Below, piece after piece: positions 24,866 through 38,964 of a stretch of DNA of 64,000 bases. Origin of the DNA: Octopus sinensis (Eukaryota); the NCBI RefSeq assembly GCF_006345805.1, contig NC_043005.1, positions 81,964,001 to 82,028,000 of the forward strand, in the 5' to 3' direction. The first letter of the stretch is position 1; the number at the start of each line of letters is the position of its first letter. The notes beneath the pieces were generated by a model that saw nothing but the letters and a program-made list of their open reading frames with translations, made no database searches and was not told where the DNA came from. A program made the position numbers and the translations under genes.

Positions 24866-27800
24866 TAAAATGGAAATTAATTATTAATTGTAAGTTTTAT
24901 ACAGTACATTAAACACAGTCTACTAAACCGAATGCAATAATTGAATTGTTTTTATTTATCAACTTGATGAAATCTGATTCAACTTGTTAATAGTTACGAT
25001 GAAGTGTTTGGGCCAGCCATACAAGGATTCTTCTATCCACAACCCTCAACTTTTAGGTACCAATAACACGATGAAATATATTGTTCACCATCTGTAAGGT
25101 ACGGTTGACGTAACTGATCCTTCTTATGATTATTTCTGTAGCTGATTGCTGAAAGATTCCTTTTACCTGTTATATCAAAGTCTCGTACGCCATGATGAAT
25201 ATTTCCGTATTAAAAATCCATTTTGAAAAAGAATTTTCTCAGGAAGTAAACGAGTTGTGAAATAATTGTGCCAAAAACTATGAGTAAACTGAACAAGAAA
25301 ACAGCACACAAACCACGTATATTGGGAAAAATATGCCGGCAAGCAGACTGACACAGACATCACGGAAGGAATTTCATATCTCTCAGACTAATTTGTTTTG
25401 CAATATATAATTACACGCAAGAAAATTGTTATTGGCTTTTAATTATTTTAGGTGAAGCGAAAATTTTAGCTACATTCAATTCTTTGTACAGATAAACAAA
25501 TAAAATTAAAGGAAGAGCACGTGCACAGACTTAGCCACGTGCGTAAGAACTCCGTTTAGCAATTATCAGATTTCAAGTTCGAATTAAGTGCATAGCACAT
25601 TCTGCAAATAATCTCACGTTGCAGAAGTGCGATAACTAATGTGTTGTGATTGGACTTTGTTAGGCGGAAACTAGTCGTGTACACATACAGACATAGACAC
25701 ACACACTCATGCGTAAGAGAGCTTTTCGAAGCAGCCCGTCTCAGTGTGATACATCCACGTATATATATATATATGCTTATCTGTAGCTTTGCATGTATGT
25801 ATATGATATTTATAAACTTAAATTAGTTAAACTAGAGATCTCTGTGAAACACTAAACATGCACTCACAGACACACACACATCACCATAATCATTCACAAA
25901 ACGCACAGATTGCTAATAAATATTGAGCCAACACACTTCAGGAAGTGCTGTGCATTCATCAGAGGACAATTGTCTTTACTTCCTTCTCTCTCGAAGAGTC
26001 ATTCATACAATTGTTATTTAAACAAAGCAAAGTTAGAATTTAATTTTATGCATTTGTGCATCTACATGGGTGTGCGTGATTATGTGTAAGTGAGTAAACG
26101 TGTGCGTATATCGTTGTCTTCACTAATATAAACCTGTACCAATCTGTCCCCCCTTAAGCCAGACTTGTAACTTAAGCCTTAGATGAATTCAAACCCTTGC
26201 CCTCTGTAATCGCATTATTGGCCTAAACCCCAAATCACGTGGTTGTGAAGCGTACTTTGTAACCTCGCACTTATGTTTGCTATTATGTTACATAAGAGAT
26301 GAACAGAAAATTCACGACGCTCAGATGAACTGGTATACGTATATATATATATTTATACGTGTATCTTGTTTTGTTTAAATCGTAAAAACAAATTCCGTAA
26401 TTGCTATTGTTTCATTCTTGCTAATTTCATTCACAAGATAGATATTTTTTTGTGTGTGTTGTAGTAATTTAATTCACGTGTTATTTTAGAACGAATTTGG
26501 AAGTCGATAAAAATAATCAATAGTTGTCACTTCCCGTATTTTTCAATCATTTATACTATAATGTCAGTTCATCTTTTTTTTAGTTTTTCAAAAGTTATTC
26601 TATTTTGCAGACGAAAACGTGGACAATAATTGTATTTGTCATATGATGTTGTAGTGTCATCATCAAAATTGATATTGACTTAATGTCTCTGGGTCCATTT
26701 AAAAGTGATTGTTTTAAAATATTTCTTAACCCTCGAAATAAAAGAAAAATGGCTATTTTTATTGAATAGTCTCTGCTTACAGTGTCATTTTGAGAATACC
26801 AGCAGTTATTTTTACAGCAAAGCAAAATGAACATTGTGATAGCAACGGGAGTGTCGAAAAATCTGGTACAACACTATGAGCATAAAATGGTGCATATCAC
26901 TCAGAAATGCTTTTTCTAACGTATTTTTACTGTAAACTGACCAAGCATTTAGAGAGCAAAGAGCCTTGTTGAAAAACCCGACACTATATTATGAGAATAA
27001 TCTGTGGGTATAATTGAGATTTAGTTTCTTCAAGACTTTTCGAGAAATCATTTGTAAGTTACAGAAAAAATACTTGCTTGGCAAGTCTTTTGCTCAAAGA
27101 TGGTGGGCTGAATCTAAAGCGATTGCACCGTGGAAGACATTCGGAAACATGCAGATACAGTCAACTTAGCTTAAAAATTTGTTATATCATGTCACAATTT
27201 GGCCAAAATTTGAAATTAATATAGTGTCAAGATTAATATGGTGTCAGATCTGATCCCTGACAAAAAAATGCTGCTGTAAAATCTTTTGTTGGTGAAGTTA
27301 TATTGCAGTTTCAAGCGACGAAATAAATGTTTAAGTGAAGTTAACTATTTCTGTGTGTCGGTAGATGGTTAACTTATGTCGTCCACGCTGTTATCCCGTA
27401 TCTAATTTTTGTTCTAATATTTTGTGGTGAATTTGCCACATGGAGATTTTAACCTAGGCAAGTCACCATTTTATGGTTAACGTCTAATACTCACAAAATG
27501 ATATCCAGCATCCTTCTGATCTAATAAGTAATAAACGAAATTTATAAAAGATAAACCATTTATATTGGAATGAATCTCAATATTCTAATATTTTATGTTA
27601 TATTTTATATTCAGACTATATATTATGACTATATAATATTTTCGATGTATATATATATATATACATGTTAAATGGTCACTGAAAATGTAAGTCTCTATAG
27701 GTGGTTATTAAAATAGAATATTTTTTATTGATCGTAATGTACTTAGATTATGCAACGAGTATAATAAAGTGTCTGATGTTACCGATTTCCTTATAAGTAA

Positions 27801-28264
27801 ACTAGTCGATTTCCCCGATCTCAAAATGATCAGAAGCCGAAATTGGAATTGCACACGCAAAGAGATTCCATTCGTTTGAAATGTAACACTTATCAATCGC
27901 AAAAACCGAATATATTTATACTACGAAGAGTAACTCATAATTTTAATAAATTCCCAATTTGCTGAAAACCACTATGCTTTATATGGAAGTTGTATGGCTG
28001 CAAGAATCTATGAGTTTTATTACTAGTAGTGTCCTCACATGTTAATAAATTTTTATGACGGAAGGAAAAATGTAAAAAGAAATTATAGTTATGGCAACAC
28101 GCGCGTGCGAAAACACACGCACACAAACACACACATGTACATCTTCTATCTTTTACTTGTTTCAGTCATTGGACAGAGGCTTTAATCGAGAAAATCATCA
28201 CCAATACTTATTTTTAAGTGTGGTATATATCAGCTAATTTGCATAAAGTTTCCTTGAAAAAGGA

Positions 28265-29520
28265 AAAAAAAATGACTTCACTGGTAGTTCTACTTAATTT
28301 AATTTCCTAATAATATGATTTTTAGAACTAGTAAGTTCTTTGTTAACTTCGGTAGGGAGATGTTCTAAAATTTCCATGGAAACCTTTCTGGAGAACTTTC
28401 TTGCTTGTCAAACTGATCTCATGTTTTGTTGTACAGTGTGATTCTACATATAAGAGATTTGGGTGCGTCTGAGGTGGGGTTGCGATTTGTTAATAACTGT
28501 GGGAGTGAAGGAGTGTTGATGAACAACAGCTGAAAGAAAATAGTGAATGGTAAAAACAAGATAATTAATTGAGGGGGAATTTGGGTGGCGGTGAGGTTTT
28601 TAAGGAGTCTTTTATGAAGTGCTCTCCTGGTGGTTCCATTTGAACATTTCTATCAACAAACATTCCAAAAGTAACCTTATATTTTGTTCTCTCTGGTATC
28701 ATCCCTTTTTGATCAAAAGACACGTATCTTATTTTTTTTATTGCCCACAAGGGGCTAAACATAGAAGGGACAAACAAGGACAGACAAGGGGATTAAGTCG
28801 ATTACATCGACCTCAGTGCGTAACTGGTACTTAAATTATCGACCCTGAAAGGATGAAAGGCAAAGTCAAACTCGGCGGAATTTGAACTCAAAACCGAACT
28901 GCAGACGAAATACCTATTTCTTTACTACCCACAAGGGGCTAAACGCAGAGAGGACAATCAAGGATAGACAAACGGATTAAGTCGATCACATCGACCTCAG
29001 TGCGTGACTGATACTTATTTAATCGACCCCGAAAGGATGAAAGGCAAAGTCAACCTCGGCGGAATTTGAACTCAGAACGAAGCGGCAGACGAAATACTGC
29101 TAAGCAGTTCGTCCGGCTTGCTAACATTTCTGCCAGCTCCCCGCCTTAAAAGACACCTATCTTGCAGCTCAAAACACCCCGCCCAGTCACACACTTAAAC
29201 TCATCTTTAACATAGTATATTACCGAAGCTTCTCTTTATGAAATTAAGAGAATTTGTAAAAACATCTGACAATTATACTTTTCACCAGAGGCCAACTACT
29301 CAAATGGAATCATGAGGAGGGCAATTCTCCAGAAATGTTAACAAGGAATCTTTTAAAAAACGTACCCATCGAAGGTAACAAAGTACTTACTAATTCTAAA
29401 AACCAAACTAAAATTATATTTCGTTTTTGGATTTGGTTTGCAAGATTCTTTATGCGTAAAATTATATTATTAGGAAATTAAATTGATTAGAACTACCACG
29501 GAAGTAAGATTTTCTTTCCC
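28265..29520. repeat. Old long inverted repeat (arms ~28265-28480 and ~29165-29520)
   Basis: GGTAGTTCTACTTAATTTAATTTCCTAATAATAT pairs with ATATTATTAGGAAATTAAATTGATTAGAACTACC, and TTTTAGAACTAGTAAGTTCTTTGTTA pairs with TAACAAAGTACTTACTAATTCTAAAA. Confidence 0.75.
28731..29145 (-). mobile_element. Dimeric family M SINE
   Basis: Junction GACGAAATACC|TATTTCTTTACT at 28914; TSD AAAAGACACGTATCTT / AAAAGACACCTATCTT. Confidence 0.9.
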
Positions 29521-29635
29521 AAATATACCTAACTGTACCAAAGATTTCACACTTTTTCTAATATATAAATATGTGTGTGTGTGTGCTTGTGTGTGTGTGT
29601 GTGTGTGGTGTGTGTGTGTGTGTGTGTGTATGTAT

Positions 29636-30199
29636 ATCGTAAAATATAATTGCCATCTAAATGTTGTGAACGATCCTACCGTTGTTTTTAGCCCCAGGAG
29701 GACATCTCCTTCAGCTGGTTAACCACACACTGTTTGTGTCCGATTAGTATTTGGGAGGAGAAAACATCGTTCCCATCTGTAGTCTTACGTGATACACACA
29801 GACCCGGGTTTCTGGTAGTAACCCGTCATCAGTGTGTGATAATTACGAGCTACTGCTGAAAACTCATTCCACACGCAAAGTACTATATGATTTGTCCAGT
29901 GACAAACTGTCGCTGATCTCGCAAAGGGAGAAATAAGCAATATTAAATCTCTGAGCGAGAAGTAAACTGTAGCAGTAAGGAATCGTAAAATATAATTGCC
30001 AACTAAATGTGGAGGTCCCATAGAGGATGGACACAGACAATGTGTCGTTAGCCAGCTGGAGGAGATGTCTTCCTGGGGCTACGAACAACAGTAGCATCGT
30101 CCTCTATGGGACCGCTACATTTAGTTGGCAATTATATTTTACGATTCCTTACTGCTTTACTGCTACTATTTACTTCTTACTCAGCGATTTACTATTGCC
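29636..30199 (-). mobile_element. Family H1 element: partial tandem (346-bp period) plus inverted copy
   Basis: ATCGTAAAATATAATTGCC occurs at 29636 and 29982 and is inverted at ~30127-30145. A hammerhead lies at 29795-29838. (TG)n/(TA)n flank the element. Confidence 0.8.
29795..29838 (-). ncRNA. Minimal type-I hammerhead ribozyme
   Basis: The minus strand reads CACACA-CTGATGA-CG-GGT(TACT)ACC-A-GAAA-CCCGG-GTC-TGTGTG, with a 6-bp stem I and a perfect palindrome ACCCGGGT in stem III. Confidence 0.82.
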
Positions 30200-30221
30200 T
30201 GTGTGTGTATGTGTGCGCGTC

Positions 30222-30254
<33 letters not shown>

Positions 30255-30499
30255 CCTTTTTGTATATACATGTTTATGTATGCATGTGTGTGTGCATTTG
30301 TGTCTGTACACCCTCACACACTACAGACACACATACACACACATTCAAGCGCTTCGTATAAATACAGAAGATTATAATGATAGTAATAAAGATAGTGACA
30401 CTAAGATTAATGATAGCTCAATCGATATAACAATTGCTGCAATTTGCAATTTAACAGTTAAAGAGAAAGCTCAAAAGCTTTAAGTAAATATTTGTATTT

Positions 30500-30670
30500 A
30501 ATAATCCTTTCTACTATGGGCGCAAGGCCTGAAATTTGGCCCCAGCATTTCACTGGTATTTTATTTATCGAAAGCCAACCACAGCAGAATTTCAATTCGG
30601 AACGTAGCGATGGGCGAAATACCGCTAAGCATTTTGTCCAGCGTGCTAATGATTCTTCAAGCTGACCGCC
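30500..30670 (-). mobile_element. Internally deleted family M SINE
   Basis: Tail CTTTCTACTATGGGCGCAAGGCCTGAAAT and head GAAATACCGCTAAGCATTTTGTCCAGCGTGCTAA. Confidence 0.75.
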
Positions 30671-32159
30671 CTATATAATAAGATTTGATAATGATTTTTA
30701 AAATGGGAGCGATGTGGTTGAAGGAAGATTTAGTTGTTATTTCTAAAAGATACGCCACCACAAAGCAACTCCACTTTTGCTTCCTGTGCCATGTGTAGTG
30801 CATCAAAATAATGCATTCATAATCCTCTCCAGTAAGGTTAAAAATAGATAAAAATTGGTCTTTATATTTCATTGCGAGTTAGATTTTTATCCTCTATGTA
30901 GTAGCATTCATCTTCATAGGCAAACATTTGGGTCAGGACACGAGTTTGGATATAACTCCTTGCTTATATAAAAATATGTGAATTGGGTCATGGACGTTGC
31001 TATTCATCCGCTGTCTAAGTGATAAAAATATTGGATCATTTATCTTTTATTCAAATGATTGCTATTAAAATGGTTACAATAATATGCCTTTCAGAACTGA
31101 AATAATAGGTCCCTAATCCACATGAATCAGACAGATTATTATATTTTCAGAAATATTATATCGTTTATTTTATTTACAAAAATAATTTGTTGATTTTTGC
31201 TTTTTTATATTCGATAAAATCGAGGTCACATCTGAATGTGGAATCATAAATTATATAGAGTAACCTATTGTGTTTCACTTTGAGAATCCCCATTAAATTA
31301 TCAGCATAATCTCATAGCATTATTCTAAGATGTGATAAAAATCATTCCGAATGAAATCCTCAGAATATCATATTTTCTTATTTTATTTTATTTTATCAAT
31401 AACATTCGTTACATTATTTTACAAATGTGGAAGCTTTGATATAATTTAGATTTCAAAAACACAAAAACTTAGACAAAATTCAAAATGAATAAAACAGAGC
31501 TACATTTAATGATTTAATGTAACTTTCTTCCCTATGTGGATTTCTGGTATCTAAATGAATTTGTCTCATTAAAGAACAAAGCGATATCCGCCTGTTCATG
31601 TTAAATTGAGAGTTTATATAACTTTATTTTTTCTGTTTTTAACCACTCAATTGCATCCGCATAACTTCTCTCCATTATAAGTCCGATGCCATTACTTTGT
31701 TAAATACATGTTGCTATCCTTCGTTTCTCATTGTCTGAGCTTTAAAATAATTACGATTATTCTTCTGTTTAAAATCAAAGAACAAAAAACCCTTTAGTGC
31801 TTTAATTTCCAAATAATTTCCCAGTAACTATCGGCGCTCAAAAGAAAGAAAATAATAAACAAAAGCATTAGTGTTCGACTCTTTATTAACAGATTCAAAG
31901 AAAGCAAAGTATTTCTATAATGCATTGAATATTCAATATATTCTCTTTAGGTCATTAAAGTAGAATAATTTCACGGTCTAGTAAAAAAAAAAATAATATA
32001 TGTATATATTGAAAATCTTATATTCTCTGAAATATTTTAAGTTGACATTTCCCAACACCAATTAGGTCCCACCATTGTTTATATATTGTGTTGAAATATT
32101 AAATTTTATACATCATACAAGCAGTGCTTACATCAGCAAGAAGCCAGAATATGTAATAA

Positions 32160-32330
32160 CTCTTTTTACTATAGGCACAAAGCCTACATTTGGGCAGAAA
32201 GGACTAGTCGATTGATTCAACCCCAGTATAAAACTGGTACTTATTTCAGCGAATCGGTATTCGATCTCAGAACGTAAAGATGGACGAAATGCATTTGTGC
32301 AGCGTGCTAACGACTCAACCAGCTCGCCAC
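32160..32330 (-). mobile_element. Internally deleted family M SINE
   Basis: Same tail and head blocks as above; TSD-like GAATATGTAATA on both sides. Confidence 0.75.
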
Positions 32331-33135
32331 TTTAACCTCCTGAATATGTAATACTGTTTTTTCAAAAATACATTTGAAGTTACAGCTTCGTCTGTATCGA
32401 AACCATGACGATTGTTACATGTTTCAATAATTGACTTTACACTAGATTATCATTAGTATTAATTTTATCGACACGTGATTGATAAAAGTAGCAAACCGGA
32501 TTTTAATGGTGTAAGAGCTAAGCTGGAATTGGGGCTCTAGAGATTAAATACCATAACAAATTTGGTTCGTTCTATCGCCAGGGATAACTTAATCGTTACC
32601 TTTGTTGTTTCTGAAATAGCCGTTAATTAATTGATAAGAGGAATTATAAAGCAACTATATCGTTTTTTAATCATATTACAGTCTCACAGAACACTAAAAG
32701 TGACCTCAGCATAATTTAATTTAAAATAAATATATCGAGGTATGAAATATTACTTCTAATTATTTATTTCAATTAACCACTGAGCGAATGAGCAGCTGTT
32801 CTGATTTAAAGCTTTGACAAATTCATAAAAACGGAACACTGTATATGAAACAAAACAGAATTCATATGAGAAACTGTGGCTACAAACGACGATAACAATT
32901 TATAATGAATTAGTAATTTAATTGGGTACTTAGAGCCCAGCTGAAGTCAATTAAGGACTGGAGAATCGAATACGGCGTGACCCTCCTTCACACACACCAT
33001 ATTAGTTTCTCAAATTTATACTAATCATGCTATTTGGTTTTCGATATTTATACGATTATGCAGTTATGACTGTTCGTGTACCGCAAATTATTTTGAATAT
33101 TCAGTGTTCAATTCATACCTTATTCATTATGAGAA

Positions 33136-33526
33136 AGTGACTAGCGAGGTCATATTTCGGGAAGGTCATACTGCTAATAAAATTGCACACGCTGGTCATG
33201 TCTCACTTCAGATGCATTGCCGGTCAATTAAATGAGGAATCAATTGATTAATTGTTTTATAGATTAGTTTTGACAAAATATTTTTGAACTGTAAGCATGG
33301 AATTGTGATAATAAAATAAATAATGCGGAGAAAGGTGTAGTTGAGGAGCACGCAATAATTGGTAAAGACTGTGACGTATGTATTTTGACAGGCTAATGAT
33401 TGAACAGTTAATCAATTGACTAACTAACCAATTAACTGGTACTGAAACTACAATGACACTTAGCCAGTTTGTGTGCATTTATTGGTAGTATGACCCTCCT
33501 AAAATACAATTACATGACTATCACAT
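33136..33526. repeat. Imperfect inverted repeat with ~140-bp arms
   Basis: GGAAGGTCATACTGCTAATAAA pairs with TTTATTGGTAGTATGACCCTCC, and TCAATTGATTAATTGTT pairs with AACAGTTAATCAATTGA. Confidence 0.8.
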
Positions 33527-35428
33527 TGAAAACTTCGTGTCTCTACCAGACTGTTGCAAATCAAATATAAACGTTTTTAAGGATGTGCTAATGCTTTACC
33601 TCACGTATCTCTGTATTTGAAAGCAATATAATACATGATATAGTATAATATAATATAAAAATTTTACAATATATATATATAATATATATAATATATAATA
33701 TATTATAATATTATATAATAATTACATAATATATTATGATTTAATATAATTTAATAATATCATAATATTTTCGAAGCGTTTTTTTTATATTACAAGGTGA
33801 TGCACACTTTTAGCCATACACCAATGGTCAAAATAAATAAAAGCTATAAAACATAACATAATATAATAATATAATAATATAACATAAATATATAATATTT
33901 AAATGTCTACCATACGATTGAACCTAATAAGCTCTTGGTTTAGAACGCGGTCATTTCTTAAGAAAATAATAATTTCCACGGCAAGATAATAACTTCCTGT
34001 AGATACCGTTTTGCATGTAACACTACCAACACAACTTGTTGCTATGTGTATATATTTTTAAATCGACCGAACTTACCAGAGAAATCAATGAACGTTTCAA
34101 ATTAATCTTGAAGTATTTGCAGCCATTTGTATTCGTCATCCATTTCTGAAATATTTAGAATTAAACAACAAAATGAATATGCCATGTAACAGTACTGTTA
34201 TATTGCTGTTGAACTGGATGGTGATATGTTGGCCATATAAGCCTGTCTTTGTGAGATAGCATAGTAATATAGAGATGTCACAACTAAGACACAAAATTAT
34301 TAGCTGAAGCGTAATGAAGGTAGAGTAATGACTGTGAACAACACACCAAACACATCCTAGCATTGAATAACATAAACAATGTAAGACAATTCTGAAAGAG
34401 AACAAAGAATATTAAAATAAAGCACAGCAATATGAATAGATATAGACAGTAATCGTAGTAGGAACGATAGAAATGTGTAGCTGAAATGCGTATAAACTGT
34501 CATTTTGACAAGAAATAAATGAATGGAATTTTACAATAATTATTATGGAAATTGGAAAGAAAATAATAAACAGTTGTCAAGCTAGACAAGCTGTGTCTTA
34601 TAAAAGAAAATGTAGATGTTGTATTCGATTACGTTGAAAGAATTTTAAGTGTCTCAGTCAGATGCAGCGTTTAGTGTGTGGCCTAGTTGACAAAACGTAT
34701 AAGGGTTATCTTTCATGACTGTCAGTGCACTCTCTGCAAGACATCTGACTGTTGCAAGCTGAATAGTTTGTAACAACTACCATAAAGATGTGCATACGAG
34801 CTCTGGCGCCAATGAGGACGAATCTATATGGTGGTTCATTTTGCCAGTAATAACAGCTACCTTTCTTTGAGCTCACACTGGAAATGAGAATATATCAGAT
34901 AATGTATGTTAAGGTGGACTAGGTTTTGAGACACAGGATAGTCAAGGATAAATTGCTTTCGCTCTTATTTCTGCTTGATTGAGTTTCACTTATGGTTGAA
35001 CCATAACAACAAGAGGAACAGCTGCAGCAACACTGCATCTCAGTACCCTGACATGCAAGCAGAAAGTACACTAAATTTGGATTCTTAAAAAACACCTTAT
35101 GGGGACCATTAAATGCAATTTGAAAAATGAATGCTATAGTACTTGTCACGTGCCTCCAGATACAATTTGACTATAAGCTACGTTGTTATTTAATGTAATA
35201 TTGTAATGAGATTGCGAATTGAATTTAATTGATGAAAGTTAAGAAAACTTTCATATCAGTACATAATTGTATGTGAGCATATATATATATAAATCACCTT
35301 TTATAAAATCAACATTGAAATAATTAAATTATACCATATAGAAAAAAATTAAATATATGATAAAATTTATATACATATATTATATTTTGTGAAATCTGAT
35401 TTCGTATAGATTGGACTAATATTCCCTA

Positions 35429-35483
<55 letters not shown>

Positions 35484-35564
35484 TCTGAAGGCGAGATACG
35501 AATACGGAGGATGCGGAAAAACACTCCTGCCAAGCCTCAGTAATTCCTACCGTGACTGCAAAAA

Positions 35565-35810
35565 GTGTCTGATATGGCATTGTTGAGATGCAAGACTGCT
35601 CTTATGATTAGCAAGTGCTGGATGCTTCTTATTTGTCCAGTTGGTCACAGTACATATCTGAATTGATGTTTATGTCCGTAGGAAGGTGCTTGTAAAAAAA
35701 CAACACACTTCAAGCCCCACCAAACTGAAAAAATAACCTTCTTTGGCTGAAATACTGATTTGGGGGTTGTTGTGTTGGTTCCAAGCAATTTTCCCAGCAT
35801 CATTTGCGAT
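35565..35810 (-). pseudogene. Decayed mariner transposase catalytic fragment
   Basis: The frameshifted minus strand gives KVIFSVWWGLKCVVF, INSDMYCDQLDK and KHPALAN, matching mariner KVMLSVWWD / TINSDxYCxQL / RPALAN. Confidence 0.75.
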
Positions 35811-35830
35811 TTACATTCTGTGTGTATTTA

Positions 35831-36057
35831 CGAGGGGCGCTGAAAAGTTCCTGGTTTTAAGGGTATCGCGAAAGACCTGGTTGGGGGCCCAAACATTTGA
35901 ATTCTCTTACAGGGATTAGAAAAGCTAAATGATCGCTGCAATACGTGATTGAATCTGAGTGGGTAATATTTTGAATAAAATCATAATTAATTGATCCTCC
36001 TGTATTTTCTTTTGACTAAAGGCAGGAACTTTTCATCGCACTTACCCACCGCTCTCG
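35831..36057 (+). mobile_element. Mariner-derived MITE
   Basis: TA-CGAGGGGCGCTGAAAAGTTCCTG ... CAGGAACTTTTCA...CTCG-TA, with an internal remnant GLEKLNDRCN of a transposase C-terminus. Confidence 0.75.
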
Positions 36058-36084
36058 TATATGTCCCGTTCCATTCTACACAAC

Positions 36085-36212
36085 TTGGAAAATTGCTTCT
36101 CAGTATAGTCCCGGGTCAATCAATGTCAAGGGTACTTGTCGTCTACATAGTGGGACTGAACCCGAAACCACAGAGCAGCAAAGCAAATTTCCTAGCCACA
36201 CAGCCATGGCTA
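36085..36212 (-). mobile_element. Family C SINE head fragment
   Basis: AGTGGGACTGAACCCGAAACCAC...CCACACAGCCA. Confidence 0.7.
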
Positions 36213-36845
36213 CGAATGCATTGTGTGTGCGTGTGCGAGTAAGTGTGGGTATGTATTAATGTAATTATGTAGATTACTCAGTGCAATTGGTAACGTATAA
36301 CGCTGTACGACCAGTCGCCGGATGGGCCGTCGGCAACTAAGCCGGCGTCTCTACCAAACCTACTCGGTAAGGAGCGATGTTTTTGTTTGAAAACTTGCAA
36401 GACAATAGACGAATCGTTTTAAAGGTCTTCGTAGAGAGTCACTGGCCATCAAATAGCTGAGAATGAGTGACCGCCTGTTTTATATTTGGACATCTCTCCA
36501 TGAGAAGGAAATTCCCAAATCACACCCAGCCCATTGCTAAGACGGAGATCTTCCTTGTTAGCAGACCACTTGGTTTTGGAGGTGAGAATTTTAACAGTGT
36601 TCAGCAAGCTGTTATTGATTTGAAATTTCAGCACGGACATTGTTGACAGCCATTGTCTTTAACACTGAAAATAAGATAATTTGTCAGTGTTAGTCCTTCG
36701 TGTTTACGAATTGACAGCCACAAAGTCTGCAGGTACATATACTGGGATGTTCTTATGTAATATATGTATATGTATGTACGATGTGCGTTTTTTCGTGTGT
36801 ATGTGTGTGTGTATGTATATATGTGTGCCTATATAATATTTCTGC

Positions 36846-36899
<54 letters not shown>

Positions 36900-37958
36900 T
36901 ATCTGTCTATCTGTCTGTCTGTCTGTCTGCCTGCCTGCTTGCCTGTGTGTCTGTCTATGTATCTATGTATCTGTCTATCTATCTATTTACGTAGCTATCT
37001 ATCAATCTACCTACCTATGTTTAGATAGATACACACACTGCTGCCCCCCCACACACACATACACACGCACACATACATGTAACTACGATACTACAATCTT
37101 ATTCGATTTTACTTCCCTTGAACAACGAGTTACTCTTAGGATGAGAGAAATGTTCTGTAGGAATGTACTATTGTGAGTAAACATACACACACACCTGTCT
37201 ATATGTAAGCATATTATTATGGAAACATAAATTGATAATTTCACATTGATCTTCAAGTATGGATTAAAACGCATCGAAATACTTGCACCGTCGTTGCTAT
37301 ATTAGTTGATAGCTGGAGGCTAAACGTGTGTTGTAATGAGTCGGTAGGCTTTCCATTTTCAAACTTGATAAATAGATGTCATCGTATTATATGTAATGGC
37401 TGTGGGCGAAACTCTTGAGAGCCTCTCAGTGTCCGAAGCCCTTATGTTAAAGATTTGGAACTTTTACATTTATAAGTATATAATTAAAGCATCTTCTGTC
37501 TGTTTCTCGCTTTCATGTGTCGCTATGAAGAATGTGTTAGTTATAATAGATATAAAACAGAATTATAATTTCTTATTGTGAGCCTGGTTTGGTGTGCTTC
37601 TGCTAAGAAATTGCGTATATGTGTACAAATACACTTACGTAGAAATATTCGTACGTGGATCATTATATACGTAAGTATAATCCTGCAGAAACACATAATT
37701 ATATATTGTATATCTGTGTGTGATTGAGCAGGCATCTCCACATATTAACTACACATACTATGCAGTCAAAAATAGTAATTTGAAATAGAAATAATGAAGT
37801 AAGTCTTCCGGAAGTACAGCTTTGGGACATTTCCGTATGAGAACTTCGTATTCAGAACAGAACACTGGGGGATTTTGCTTCAGTCACACTGATGCTAGCC
37901 TTACTGAACTTTAATATGATATAGGTATACACACTCATGAGAGTCACATACACACTTC

Positions 37959-37997
<39 letters not shown>

Positions 37998-38268
37998 TCA
38001 TACGCAGACACACGCACATGCACACACAGGCGAGCAGGTATACCTACATACCTATACATTCGCTAAATAGAATGGTACACACCTGTGCAAAACGTATGAG
38101 ACTTAAAGTTAGAAATGGAAGCCATGTGATCGACTAGACTTTTGAATAGGATACCCCAGCCTAACGGCGGTTCACTCGTTACAATAGGTATATAAATAAA
38201 AAGAAATAAGCAATATTGATCTTAATATTCCTTGCTGAGCAAAAGATGATACATTACAAGGAATTTGC

Positions 38269-38337
<69 letters not shown>

Positions 38338-38345
38338 TGTGTGTG

Positions 38346-38379
<34 letters not shown>

Positions 38380-38738
38380 AAAAGCAAACACATATTCTTG
38401 GCTTAACATCGGATTGTTAGTGTATATATTCATGAGCAGTTACCTCTCAAATTATTATTTATTCTTTGTAATTCCTTTCGTCTAAATTGTAGTGGATATT
38501 ACTAGATATATAGTAATACATGTCGGATGGAATTACCTAGATCACATAATCTAAAACGTACCCGACTTTATGAAATATCTGCTATTAAATATTTTGATGA
38601 CGACCACGCCATATATATGAGAAATATATTTCTGCCAGATATAATTACACATTACCTTACAAACAGAAATATATACTCTGACAGATACATACCACGCTGC
38701 CCTATTCTGTCGCCTTCTCACCATCATATATTTATATG

Positions 38739-38770
<32 letters not shown>

Positions 38771-38964
38771 GGCTTCAGCATAGTTACACTGGTGTATGGT
38801 TTCATAGTGTTATGTCCTATCTTATTGCGTTGCATCTTGGTAGATGTATTCTACTATGGCCCTCACGGTGAGATAACTTATAAACCAAAAAGGATACAAA
38901 AGCAAATGTGTGTGTATTATTGGTTATGCGCATATATATAAATATGAGTGTATGCAATGCTTCT

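Noticed and set aside
26590-27480. Possible DNA-transposon remnant or inverted repeat
   Set aside because: The short inverted matches are not symmetric and there is no convincing protein motif.
36265-36330. Minus-strand AATTGCACT (miR-92-like seed)
   Set aside because: The rest of the sequence is unlike miR-92 and hairpin pairing is poor.
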